Shown here: in pieces, positions 35,363 through 46,112 of the stretch | Layout of the letters: each line of letters starts with the position of its first letter | How positions within the stretch are numbered: position 1 is the stretch's first letter | NCBI GenBank assembly: GCA_963723535.1 | Contig: CAVRRE010000009.1 | Location: forward strand, 213,297-277,296 | Length of the DNA: 64,000 bases | Reading direction: 5' to 3' | Source of the DNA: an uncultured Acidobacteriota bacterium | GTDB lineage: Bacteria; Acidobacteriota; Thermoanaerobaculia; UBA5066; Gp7-AA6 | Position numbers and translations under genes: made by a program | The notes under the pieces: model-generated | Told to the model about the DNA's origin: nothing | Databases searched by the model: none | The model's input: only the letters and a program-made list of their open reading frames with translations

Positions 35363-37762
35363 TGCTCGCGCCGCGGGTGACTTCCGAGACCCCGGCCCCG
35401 CCGCACGCGCGCCTCGTTTCCCTGCCGCTCTGGGTCTACCGGCACCGCCTGCCGATCCTCGGCGGTCTTCGGCGGCCTGCTCCTCGCGCGGCGTGCTCGT
35501 CCTCGGGTACTTCACGACGCGGGTCGTCGCCGCGGTTCGACGGACGGCGCTGGGACCTTCCCTCGCGCATCTACTCGGACCTCTACGTCCTGCGGCCGGG
35601 CGAAGCGGTCTCGGTCGCGGAGCTCCAGGCGAAGCTCGAGCGGCTGTTCTACCAGCAGATCGACGGCCGCCCCGAGCGGCCGGGCCGCTACCGCATCGAG
35701 AAGGACGCGATCGAGATCCACACGCGGCCGTTCCGCTATCCCGGGCACGACTTCGCCGGGCCTGCGGTTCCGCCTGACCGTCGCGGGCAAGAAGGTCAAG
35801 ACGATCGCCGACGCGACCGGCCAGCGCTGCCGGCGCTCTTCCTCGAGCCGGAGCGGCTGGGCTCGGTCTTCTCGGCGGAGCTCGAGGATCGGACGGTCAT
35901 CCGCCTCGCGGACGCGCCGCGCTCGCTGGTGGACGCCGTCCTCGTGACCGAGGACCGCGACTTCTATCGCCACGCCGGCGTCTCGGTCCGGCGGCTCTTC
36001 GGCGCTCTCTTCGCCTCGCTCACGGGCGGCCGGAGCGCAGGGCGGCTCGACGCTGACCCAGCAGCTCGTCAAGAACCTCTACCTCTCGCCCGAGCGCACG
36101 GTCCGGCGCAAGGCGACCGAGGCCGTCATGGCCGTCGATCCTCGACGCCCGCTACTCCAAGGACGAGATCCTCGAGACGTACCTGAACGAGATCTACCTC
36201 GGCCGGCGGGGAGCCATCGGGATCACCGGCGTCGGGCGAAGCCGCCCGCTACTACTTCGGCAAGGAGGTCGCGGACCTCGACCTGGCCGAGTCCGCGACG
36301 ATCGCCGGCATGATCCGCGCGCCCAACGCCTACTCGCCCGTTCCGCAATCCCGAGCGCACGCGGCGAGCGGCGCAATCTCATCCTCCGCCTGATGCGCGA
36401 GGAAGGCCGCATCGACGAGGCCGCCCTGGCCGAGGCGCTCGGCGCAGCCGCTCACGCCCCGGACGCGGACGGAGGAGCGGACCAAGGCGCCGCACTTCGT
36501 CGACTTCGTCAAGGGCGAGCTCGCCGAGCGTTACGGCAAGAAGCTCCAGACCGAAGGCCTGCAGATCTACACGACGCTCGACGTCGACCTCCAGCTGGCC
36601 GGGCAGCGCGCGGTGACGGAGGGCCTCGAGACGCCTCGAGAAGACGTACAAGCGCCTGGCCTCGGCCGCCACGGCAGGCGCCGCTGCAGGGCGCGCTGAT
36701 CGCGCTCGAGCCGCAGACCGGCAACGTGCGGGCGCTCGTCGGGGGACGGGACTACGCGCCTCTCGCAGTTCAACCGCGTGACCCAGGCCCACCGGCAGCC
36801 CGGCAGCCTCTTCAAGCCGTTCGTGTATCTCGCGGCGTTCGCGCGCCGCGACGTCGACCCGCCGGTGACGCCGGCGACCGTGCTCCTGGATTCCCCGATC
36901 GTCGTCGAGTGGGGGACCAAGACCGAAGAGGAGCAGTGGACGCCCCGCAACTACGACAACGACTATCGCGGACCGGATGACGGCGCGGCGGGCGCTCGAG
37001 CTCTCGATCAACATCCCGACGGTCCGGGTCTCGCTGAAGGCCGGCCTGCCCTACGTCCTCGCCGCCGCGCGAGACGCCGGGATGACCTCCCGGCTGCGGG
37101 CGCTATCCGTCGATCGCCCTGGGCGCCTTCGAGAGCCTCGCCGATGGAGATCGCCGGCGCCTACGCCGCGCTCGCGAACAGCGGCGTGCGCGTGGCGCCG
37201 AACGCCATCGTCGGCGTGATGACCGGCGACGGCACGGTGCTCGACCGCAAGGCGACCGTCGCTCGCGCCCGTCCTCCCGGCCGACGCCACCTTCCTCGTG
37301 AACTCGATCCTGCAGGGCGCGGCCACCCGCGGCACGGGCGCCGGCGCGCGCGCCCGCGGGTCTGACGGGAGTGCTCGCGGGCAAGACCGGGCACGACGAA
37401 CGACGGCCGGGACGCCTGGTTCGTCGGATACTCGCCCCGGTTTCTCTCGGTCGTCTGGGTCGGCTACGACGACAACCGGGGCCTGAACCTCTCGGGCACG
37501 CAGGCCGCGGTGCCGATCTTCGCGGACTTCTCGCGGTTCATCCCGCCCAGCATTTCTCGGAGCCTTTCCCGGTGCCGTCGGACATCGTGACCGCCGAGAT
37601 CGATCCGGACACCGGCCTGTCTCGCCGGCGCCGGGGTGCCCGAAGGCGATGACCGAGGTCTTCATCGAGGGCACGGCGCCGACGACGTCCTGTCCCGACG
37701 CACGGCGGCGATCTGCCGATCGGGACGCAGCGGCGGGACGCCCGGTGCATTCGGCGGATGCT
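35363..37762 (+). CDS. class A penicillin-binding protein (transglycosylase/transpeptidase, PBP1A-like)
   Basis: GT51 part: [97 protein letters not shown]. Transpeptidase part: [79 protein letters not shown](T)[16 protein letters not shown]. Many frame changes. The 3' end is approximate. Confidence 0.85.
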
Positions 37763-37780
37763 GATGGTAATCTCGTCCGT

Positions 37781-40633
37781 TTGAAGCGAACACGCCAAAC
37801 CGGGCTCCACGCCTGTCATCCGCATCCGGGGGGCGAGGACCCACAATCTCCGGAACGTTTCGGTCGACATCCCGATCGGCCGGCTGACGGTCGTCACCGG
37901 CGTCTCGGGCTCGGGCAAGTCGAGCCTCGCCTTCGACACGCTCTACGCCGAAGGGCAGCGGCGATACGCGGAGTCGCTCTCGACGTATGCCCGGCAGTTC
38001 CTCGAGCGGCTCGACCGTCCGGACGCGGACTCGATCGAGCCGGTGCCTCCGGCCATCGCCCTCGAGCAGAAGAACGGGGTGCGCAACGCGCGCTCGACCG
38101 TCGGCACCCAGACCGAGATCCACGACTCGCTGCGCCTGCTCTTCGCCCACGGGGGCACGACGTCCTGTCCCGACTGCGGCGCCGCGGCCGTGCCGGGCGG
38201 CGTCGATCGCGCCGTCGAGGAGCTCTGCGCGGCCGAAGACGGGGCGCGCGCGCGACGCTCGTGGCGCCGGTGCCCTGGCGCGAGCCTGCGCCGGCGGCCG
38301 GCGCGCGGACGGAAGCGCAAGCGCGCGGCCAGCGACTCCGCGCGCCTCGCGGAGTTCCGCCGCGCGGGCTTCTTCCGGGCGCGTCTCTCCGGAGGGCGAG
38401 ACCGTCGAGATCGGGGAAGACGTCGCGCCGCTCCTCGATGCGGAGGGGCGCCTGCCGCATCGTCGTCGGGCGCTTCGTCGTCAGCGAGGCGGCGCGCCCC
38501 GAGATCGCCTCGGCCGCGGAGACGGCCTTCGCCCTGGCGGGAACGCTCGAAGCCCGGATCGGGGGAGCGCACGTCCGCGACTTTCCGCCGCGGGCTCCAC
38601 TGTCCGCGCTGCGGGCGCGAGTTCCGCGATCCCACGCCGCCGATGTTCGCGTTCAACTCGCCGCTCGGCGCGTGCCCGGCCTGCCAGGGCTTCGGGCGCG
38701 TCATCGGCGTGGATCTGGAGAAGGCGATCCCGGACCGGCGGCTGACGCTCGCCGAGCGGCCGGTCGCGCCCTGGAACACTCCGGCCTACGAGTCGGCCTA
38801 CGACGGACCTCTTCCGCGCCTGCCGGCGCTACTCCGTCCGCACGGACGTTCCGGTGGCGCGGCTGTCGGCCCACGAGCGCGAGGTCCTCATCGCAGGGCC
38901 GCGGCGACTTCTACGGCGTGAAGGGCTTCTTCGACTGGCTCGAGACCAAGCGCTACAAGATCCACGTCCGGGTGCTTCTGGCGCGGTACCGCGCGTACAC
39001 GCCCTGCGTCGCGTGCGGCGGGGCGCGCGTCGCGCCGCCGGCGCTCTGGGTGCGTTTCCGCGGCCGCACGATCGCCGAGCTCGCGGAGCTCCCGCTGCGG
39101 GACCTGCAGCGCTTCTTCGCCGAGGTCGCGCCGTCGCCCGCCGAGGAGAAGCGCCTCGGGCTCGGTGCTCGCGGAGCTCACCTCCCGCGTCCGCTACATG
39201 AACGACGTCGGCCTCGGTTACCTGACCCTCGTCGCGCCCCGCGCGCACGCTCTCCGGCGGCGAGGCGCAGCGCATCGGCCTCGCCTCCGCGCTCGGCGGC
39301 GCGCTGACCGGAACGCTCTACGTGCTCGACGAGCCGACGATCGGGCTCCACGCCGTGGACACCCGGCGGCTGCTCTCGCATCCTTCGGAGACTGGCGGAC
39401 CGCGGCAACACGGTCGTGGTCGTGGAGCACGATCCCGAAGCGATCGAGGCGGCGGACCACCTCATCGACCTGGGGCCCGGGGCCGGCCGCCTCGGGGGAC
39501 GGCTCCTCTTCGAGGGCACGCCGCGCGCTCTGGCGCGCGTGAAGGGCTCGGCCACCGGGGAGCTGCTGCGCGCGGCGCGCCCGGCGGCCGCGGACGCGGC
39601 CGGCCGGAGACGCGCGGCCGCGGGCGGCCGCCGAGCCGCCGCGCGCCCGCGCGTCGTGCCGTTTCGCCGCGCCGAGGGCGCGATCACGATCGTCGGCGCC
39701 CGGCAGAACAACCTCCGCGACGTGACCGTGCGGATCCCGCTCGGCCGGCTGGTCGCGGTCGCCGGCGTCTCCGGCTCGGGCAAGTCGACGCTCGTCCGCG
39801 ACGTCCTCCACAACGCCTACGCGCGGCGCGTCAAGGGCGCCGCCCAGTTCGAGGTCGGCGCGCACGATCGGATCGACGGGCTTCGAGGGCATCTCGGATC
39901 TGCTGCTCGTCGATCAGAGCCCGCTCGGCCGTTCGGCCCGGTCGAACCCCGTCACGTACACGAAGGCCTGGGACGAGATCCGGCAAGGCCTTCGCCCGGT
40001 CCGGCGCGCGCGGTCTCCCGCGGCGTCACGGCGCGCGACTTCTCGTTCAATTCTCCCGGGCGGCCGCTGCGAGGCCTGCCGCGGCACGGGCTGGCAGACG
40101 ATCGACATGCAGTTTCTGGCGGACGTCACGGTGCGCTGCGACGTCTGCGACGGGCGGCGGTTCCAGGGCGCGCGTGCTCGCCGTGCGGCTGCGGGGGCAG
40201 AACGTCGACGACGTTCTCGACATGACGATCGACGACGCCGCGGCGTTCTTCGCGGACGAGGAGAAGATCGTGCGCCGCCTCGAGCCGCTCCGCGAGGCCG
40301 GCCTCGGCTACATGCGTCTCGGCCAGCCGACGGCGACGCTGTCCGGCGGCGAGGCGCAGCGCCTCAGGCTCGCCGCCTTCCTCGGGATCCGTCCGGCGTC
40401 CTCGCGCGGAGCGCTGTTCCTCTTCGACGAGCCGACGACGGGCCTCCACGCGAAGGACGTCGACCGGCTGCGTCGCGACGCTGCGGCGTCTCATCGCCCG
40501 CGGCCACTCGGTGCTCGCCGTCGAGCATCACCTCGGCTTTCTCGAGGCGTCCGACTGGATCGTCGAGCTCGGGCCGGGCGGCGGCGACGAGGGCGGCCGC
40601 GTCGTCGCCGAAGGACCGCCCGCCGAGATCTGA
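37781..40633 (+). CDS. uvrA: UvrA-family excinuclease ABC subunit A (divergent, possibly a paralogue)
   Basis: [85 protein letters not shown]...[19 protein letters not shown]...CPDCG; [32 protein letters not shown]; [35 protein letters not shown]; [15 protein letters not shown]...[12 protein letters not shown]; second ATPase [20 protein letters not shown]...[15 protein letters not shown]...[12 protein letters not shown]...[29 protein letters not shown]. Many frame changes. Confidence 0.85.
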
Positions 40634-40749
40634 GGAGAACCCGAAGAGCCTGACCGGCCGCTTCCTCTCGGGCCCGCGCGCGCCCGGAGCGGCGCAGCGG
40701 ACGCCCCCCTATAATGTGACCGAGATTCCCGTAGGTTCCGTCTTCTCGC

Positions 40750-43700
40750 GTGCGCAACATCCTCCGAATACAGGCCGTGTGTCTCGCGACCGCTCTGGCA
40801 GCGGTCGCCGTCGCGCTCGCGGCCGCCGCCGGCCGGCACCGCGCGCCGTTCGAGGGCCGGTTCGAGTTCCGGAGCTTCACGCAGAGGAGGACGGCCTCGA
40901 GGACCTCTCGGTCGAGTGCGTGCTCCAGGACCGCGTCGGCTTCGTCTGGGTCGGGACCGACGACGGCCTCTTCCGCTACGACGGGAGCCGCTTCCGCAAG
41001 TTCGGCCACCGCGACGGCCTGCCGCGGCTGCGGATCTACCAGCTCCACGAGACCGTCGGACGGCCGGCTCTACGTCGCGACCGGCGGCGGGCCTCGCGCG
41101 CTACGCGAACGAGCCGGTTCGTGGTCCTCGACGAGAAGGACGGCCTCGGCATCTTCTCGATCCCGCACCAGGGCGTCGCCTCGGACGCCTCCGGCACGCT
41201 GTACGTCGGCACCGATCGGGGCCTGTACGTCGGACGCGGCGACCGGTTCCAGTTCGACGAGGAGGCCAATGCGCGCGGGCAGCGGACCGGTCAGCGCGGT
41301 GCACGCCGACCCGAGCGGGGCCGTCTACTTCTCGCGCGGCGGCCTGCTCTTCCGCAAGGAGTCGGGCCGCACCGTCGAGTTCGGCCGGCCCGCGGGGGCT
41401 GCCGTTCGACGAGACGCATCGACGACATCCGGACCGACGGCGCCGGCCGCCTCTGGGTCCGGACGGTCAAGCGCCTCTTCGTTCTCGCCCCGGGGCGCGC
41501 AGCGCTTCGAGCGCGACGACGAGGGGCTTCCGGAATCGAGCGAGATCGGGCGACTGGCGCTCGACGACCTGGGGCGGGTGCTCGTCCCGACCGTCGCAGG
41601 GCCTGGCCTCGCGCGACGAGGCCGGTGGCGGCTGATCGGGCGCCGCGAGGGGCTTCCGGTCGACACGGCGCTCGCGGCGATCGTGGATCGCGAGGGCTCG
41701 CTCTGGGTCGGGCCTGCTCGGCGGAGGCCTCGCGCGGCGGCTCGGGCCACGGCCAGATCACGAACTGGTCCACGGCCGACGGCCTCTCGCACGACGTCGT
41801 CTGGGTCGATCACGCGACAGAAGGCGCGGTCGGGCCCGGGGCCGATCTGGGTCGGCACGGAGCAGGGGCTCAACCGCATCGATCCGGAGACCGGCGCGAT
41901 CCGCATCTTCTTCGAGAGCCGACGGCCTCGCGGGCAACGTCGTCAATGCGCTCGCCGTCCGCGGAGGACGGCGGCGTCTGGGCGGGCTCGTGGCCCGGCG
42001 GAGTGACGCACATCTCGCCGGACGGCCGGCTCCGGCGCCTCGGCGCCGAGGACGCGACCGCCGGAACAGTTCCGCGTGGCGGCCATCCACGTGCGCCCCG
42101 ACGGGGAGGTCTGGGTCGGCGCCGTCAACGGCCTCTACCGTCTGCCCGCCGGCTCCCGCTGCCGACCGGCTCGAGCGCGTCTCGATCGGCCGCGACAAGC
42201 CCGACAACGTGCGGGGCTTCGCGGAGGACCCGGCCGGGATCCTCTACGCCGCCAGCAAGCAGGGGATCCTCCGGGTCAACGGTCCCTCGCCCCGCCGCTT
42301 CACCGTCCGCGACGGCCTGCGCGAGGACTTCGTGTCCTCGATCGCGATCGCGTCCGACGGCAGCCTCGTGATCGCGTATCGCGAGTCGATCGGCGGCGCC
42401 AAGGTGATCCTCCAGGGGGATCGGCTCACGGTGCGTCCCATCGACGTCTCGACCGGGCTCGTCTCGAACAAGGTCGTGCTCGCCGGCCGCGACGCGACGG
42501 GCGCGCTCTGGATCGGCACGGGCTCGGGAGCCGACGTCTACGGCTCCGAACTGGGCGCTCGCCGCGCGCTACGGCAAGGCCGACGGCATGATCAGCGACG
42601 ACCTCGACCAGAACGCGTTCTTCGCCGACGCCGGACGGCACGGTCTGGCTGGGCTCGAGCCGGGGCCTCGATCCGCTTCCGCGCGGGCGTTCCGCCGGCG
42701 CCCGAGCCGCCGCCGCACGTCGTCATCACGTCGGTGAGCGCCGGGGACCGACGTCTCGATCCTTCCGTCGGCGGCCATTCTCGCGCCCGCGCGAGCGCAA
42801 CTTCAGCGTCGCCTGGGCCGGCCTGACCTTCGTCGAGCCGCGCAAGGTCCGCTACCGGTACCGCATGATCGGCCTCGTCGACCAGTACACGGAGACCGAG
42901 CTGACGGAGGCGCGCTTCCCGGCGCTCCCGAGCGGCGACTATCGCTTCGAGGTCCTGTGCGTGTCCGCGCTCGGAAAGGAGTCGCGGCAGCCCGCCGTCT
43001 TCTCGCTCCGCGTGCAGCCCGCGTGGTGGCAGACCGTCTGGGCGCGGATCCTCTGGGCTCCTCGCCGCCGCGGCGGCCCTCGCCTTCTTCGTTCGCTGGC
43101 GGACCCGGCACCTCGAGGCCGAGCGCCGGCGCCTGGAGGAAGCGGTCGCCGCGCGCAGCGCCGAGCTCGCCGCGGCCAACCGGGAGCTGCGCGAAGCGTC
43201 CTTCACCGACGCCCTGACCGGAGCGCGCAACCGGCGATTCTTCTCGACGGTCATCGAGGACGACGTCAACCGGACGCTCCGCGTCCACTCGACGCCGCCG
43301 GCCAGCCGCCCGCGCAACTGCGACCTCATCTTCTACATCGTCGACATCGACCACTTCAAGGAGGTCAACGACGAGTTCGGCCACGACCGCGGCGACGGCG
43401 TGCTCGCCGAGATGGCGCGCCGCCTCACGGGCGTCGTGCGCGATTCGGACCGGCTGATCCGCTGGGGCGGCGAGGAGTTCCTGCTGATCTCGCGCGACGC
43501 CGACCGGACCCGCGGCGACGTGCTCGCGGGGCGCGTCATGACGGCGGTCGGGTCCGAGCCCTTCGACCTGGGCGGCGGGCAGCGCGTCCGCCGCACCTGC
43601 TCGGTCGGCTGGGCGCCCTTCCCCTGGTACCCGGACTCGACCCGCACCTTCGCCTTCACCGAGGTCCTGAAGCTCGCCGACCGCGCCCTCTACCTGGCGA

Positions 43701-43873
43701 AGCAGTCCGGGCGGAACCGCTCGGTGGGCGTCGTTCCCGCCGGCCCCTACTCCGAGGTCGGCGGCCGGAACGGCGACTGGTGGGAGAAGCCCCTGGCGGA
43801 TGCCGAGGGCTCCGCCGTCACGATCGTCCGGACCGGCGGTCCCGTCCTGGTCGCCGAGAGCGTTGAGCGTTAG
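40750..43873 (+). CDS. periplasmic beta-propeller (Reg_prop/Y_Y_Y-type) sensor diguanylate cyclase
   Basis: Signal/TM is VRNILRIQAVCLATALAAVAVALAAAAG. Two-component-regulator propeller repeats follow: VECVLQDRVGFVWVGTDDGLFRYDG, IDDIRTDGAGRLWVRT, IVDREGSLWVG, PIWVGTEQGLNRIDPETG, GGVWAGSWPGGV, GALWIGTGSGADVYG. A Y_Y_Y-like module is YRYRMIGLVDQYTETELTEARFPALPSGDYRFEV, followed by a TM. The GGDEF part is DALTGARNRRFF...FYIVDIDHFKEVNDEFGHDRGDGVL...IRWGGEEFLLI...ALYLAKQSGRNR. Many frame changes. Confidence 0.75.
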
Positions 43874-43916
43874 CGTTGAGGGTTAGCGTGGAAGACTCGC
43901 CCGGGACGCTCAACGC
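43858..43916. repeat. short GCGTT(G)AG tandem tract plus 11-bp inverted repeat overlapping the cyclase stop codon
   Basis: GAGCGTTGAGCGTTAGCGTTGAGGGTTAGCGTG contains four GCGTTGA/GCGTTAG-like units. GCGTTGAGCGT (43860-43870) is the exact reverse complement of ACGCTCAACGC (43906-43916). The loop is 35 nt and there is no T-tract. Confidence 0.5.
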
Positions 43917-43975
43917 TTAACACTCGACTCCCCGTAACCTCCGCTCCTCCGGCGTATCCGCGTCGGGAGGAAGCC

Positions 43976-44890
43976 ATGCGGACACGCCCTGGATCGCGTC
44001 GTACTTTGCGCGGCGGCCCTGGCGCTTGGCCGCGGGAACGCGCCTCGGCCGGCCACCGCCACCGAAACGTCTCGATCGACGCACGACGAGCCCGAGACCT
44101 GCGCCGACATCCAGGTCGATTTCGACGAGCGTCCCGCCGTCCGGGCCGAGGAGCGCGCCTCCAGACGCTCCCGGCCGGCGGCACGCTGCGGCTCGAGGCC
44201 GCCGAGAACTCGGGCGTCTACGTGCGTGAGGCCGCCCGCGTCCGACTTCGAGGTGGTGCTCTGCAAGGCGGCCCCGAAGTCCTCGAGCCTTTCCGCAGAT
44301 CGCTCTCGCGCGATCGGGCGAGCCGGTGTCTCGGTGACGGGCCCGTCGAGCGGCGAATGGGCCGGCTACCTTCTCGTGGCCGCGCCTGCCGGGGCCTCGC
44401 TCGAGATTTCCGCGTCCAACGGGCCCATCGGTCTCATCGCGGCTGTCCGGCCGCGTCACCGCGCGGACGGAGAACGGGCCGATCTCGGCCCGCCGGCTCG
44501 ACGGGCGAGCTCGACCTCGAGGCCGAGAACGGCCCGATCTCGTTCGTCGGCGCGTCCGGGCGGTCGAAGCTCCGGACCCAGAACGGACCGATCGGCGTCA
44601 CGCTCGGAGGCCGGTCCTGGGAGGGCGACGGTCTCGACGCGCGCGCGGTCAACGGTCCCGTGAGCCTCTCGATCCCGCCGGGCTACGGGTCGGCGGCGGT
44701 CGTGGAGTCGGCCGGACGCTCCCCGTTCCAGTGCCGCGGCGAGGCCTGCGGCTCGGCCCGCAAGACCTGGGACGACGACAGCCGGCGCATCGAAGTCGGC
44801 GAGGGGCCGGTGCTCGTGCGTGTCGCGACGGTGAACGGTCCGGTCTCGGTGCGGACCGGCGCCGGAAACGACGAGGACGAGGAGGACTGA
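43976..44890 (+). CDS. DUF4097-like beta-strand repeat protein (secreted)
   Basis: Stitched: ALDRVVLCAAALALG (signal-like), ETCADIQVDFDERPAVRAEE, LPAGGTLRLEAAENSGVYVREAA, FEVVLCKAA, SVTGPSSGEWAGYLLVAAPAGASLEISASNGPIGL, GRVTARTENGPISA, GELDLEAENGPISFVGASGRSKLRTQNGPIGVTL...LDARAVNGPVSLSIP...VLVRVATVNGPVSVR. The NGPI/V repeats are typical of that family. About six frame changes. Confidence 0.6.
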   Translation: MRTRPGSRRTLRGGPGAWPRERASAGHRHRNVSIDARRARDLRRHPGRFRRASRRPGRGARLQTLPAGGTLRLEAAENSGVYVREAARVRLRGGALQGGPEVLEPFRRSLSRDRASRCLGDGPVERRMGRLPSRGRACRGLARDFRVQRAHRSHRGCPAASPRGRRTGRSRPAGSTGELDLEAENGPISFVGASGRSKLRTQNGPIGVTLGGRSWEGDGLDARAVNGPVSLSIPPGYGSAAVVESAGRSPFQCRGEACGSARKTWDDDSRRIEVGEGPVLVRVATVNGPVSVRTGAGNDEDEED

Positions 44891-44899
44891 GGCGTCTCG

Positions 44900-45429
44900 A
44901 GCGGGCGGCGGCCGAGCCTGAGCCGCTCGCCGACTCCGGCGAGGAAGGACACGAGCGCCTGGGTGCTCCGGTAGCCTTCGTGCTTCGCGATCAGGCGGCC
45001 GTCGGGGGCGGCGACGACGAGGGTGGGGAAGGCCGAGACCTCGTAGCGCCGCTGGAGCTCGGCGATGTCGGGAGCGTTGCGTCCTTCCTCGCGCATGCGG
45101 TCCATGATGCGGACGGGCACGAAGGCGGCGTTGACCCGTTCGGCCACGGAGGCGTCGGCCCAGTCCTTGTCGAGCAGCTTGCACGGGGCGCACCAGTCGG
45201 CCGTGAAGTCGTAGAGCACGGGCTTCCCGAGACGCGCGGCCTGTGCGGCGGCGCCGCTCCCGGGCTCTGCCACGCGGACGAGCCCCGGACCGTCGCCTGC
45301 CCCGCCCGGTCCATGACGGCGGTCACGACGCGCAGCAGCGACGGCGGCGAGCAGCACCCAGAGCAGCACCGGCGAAAGCGCCGACTGGGACCGGGACGCG
45401 AGGTCGGCGCCGGCTTCAGTCGCGTCCAT
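44900..45429 (-). CDS. membrane-anchored/secreted thioredoxin-fold protein (CxxC)
   Basis: MDATEAGADLASRSQSALSPVLLWVLLAAVAAA (anchor), then GKPVLYDFTADWCAPCKLLDKDWADASVAERVNAAFVPVRI...ELQRRYEVSAFPTLVVAAPDGRLIAKHEGYRSTQALVSFLAGV. There is no nearby stop in any frame, so the 3' end is unresolved. Confidence 0.7.
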
Positions 45430-46107
45430 AGGCGAACTCCCTTCGCGCGAAGACGACGGCGGCCGCGACGAGAAACAGCGTGGCCGCGAGGACGGCGCGT
45501 CCCGCGGCGGCCAGGGCGTCGGGCTCTCCCCGAAACACGCTCTCCCACGCGACGACGGGCAGAAGTCTCGCGGCCGATCGCCTCGGAGGCCTTGCTCATC
45601 CAGGCCACGTTGCGTGCGGAGCGAGACGAAGATCTGCAGGAGCGAGCACGGCGATGACGTCGCCGTAACCCGGGCAGGAACGTCGAGAAGAAGACGAGCG
45701 GCGGCCGCCAGCTGCGCCGCCCAGAGCGTGGCGAATCCGACGCCCGCCGAGCAGCTCGAGCGGAGCGACCGGTCCGACAGAGCCCGACGACGGCCTTCGC
45801 GAGCAGTCCGAGCAGCACGCACGCGATCGAGAACGCGGCGAACGCGACCACGATCCCGAGATAGCGGCCGAAGAGATAGTCGGTGCGGCGGATCGGCCGG
45901 GCCAGGATCATCTGGAGAGCGCCGGAGGAAGCGTCGCTTGGACACCGAGGCCGCCGCGAGAACCAGGAGGGCGACGTAGGCTCCGGGGCCGGGCCCGCCC
46001 GGGCCGTCCGAGTAGGCGACCGAAAGGCCCGACATCGCCGCGAGCAATCCCAGCAGGACGAGGGAGCCGCCGTTGCGAATCTTCTGCCGCAGGAATCGCC
46101 GGACCAT
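45416..46107 (-). CDS. ABC-2-type transporter permease
   Basis: ATG 46107 gives MVRRFLRQKIRNGGSLVLLGLLAAMSGLSVAYSDG...AYVALLVLAAA, then ALQMILARPIRRTDYLFGRYLGIVVAFAAFSIACVLLGLLAKAVVG and ...AATLFLVAAAVVFARREFAYGRD, ending at TGA 45416-45418. Many frame changes. Confidence 0.6.
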
Positions 46108-46112
46108 CTCGA

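Noticed and set aside
40710-40715. TATAAT hexamer 35 nt upstream of the sensor cyclase start as a promoter -10 box
   Set aside because: There is no acceptable -35 element at 16-19 nt spacing, and a single hexamer is weak evidence. It is left unannotated.
43858-43890. Possible CRISPR array or minisatellite at the GCGTTGAG tract
   Set aside because: There are only about four 7-nt units, with no spacers and no repeat of CRISPR length. I found no other array-like periodicity anywhere in the window.
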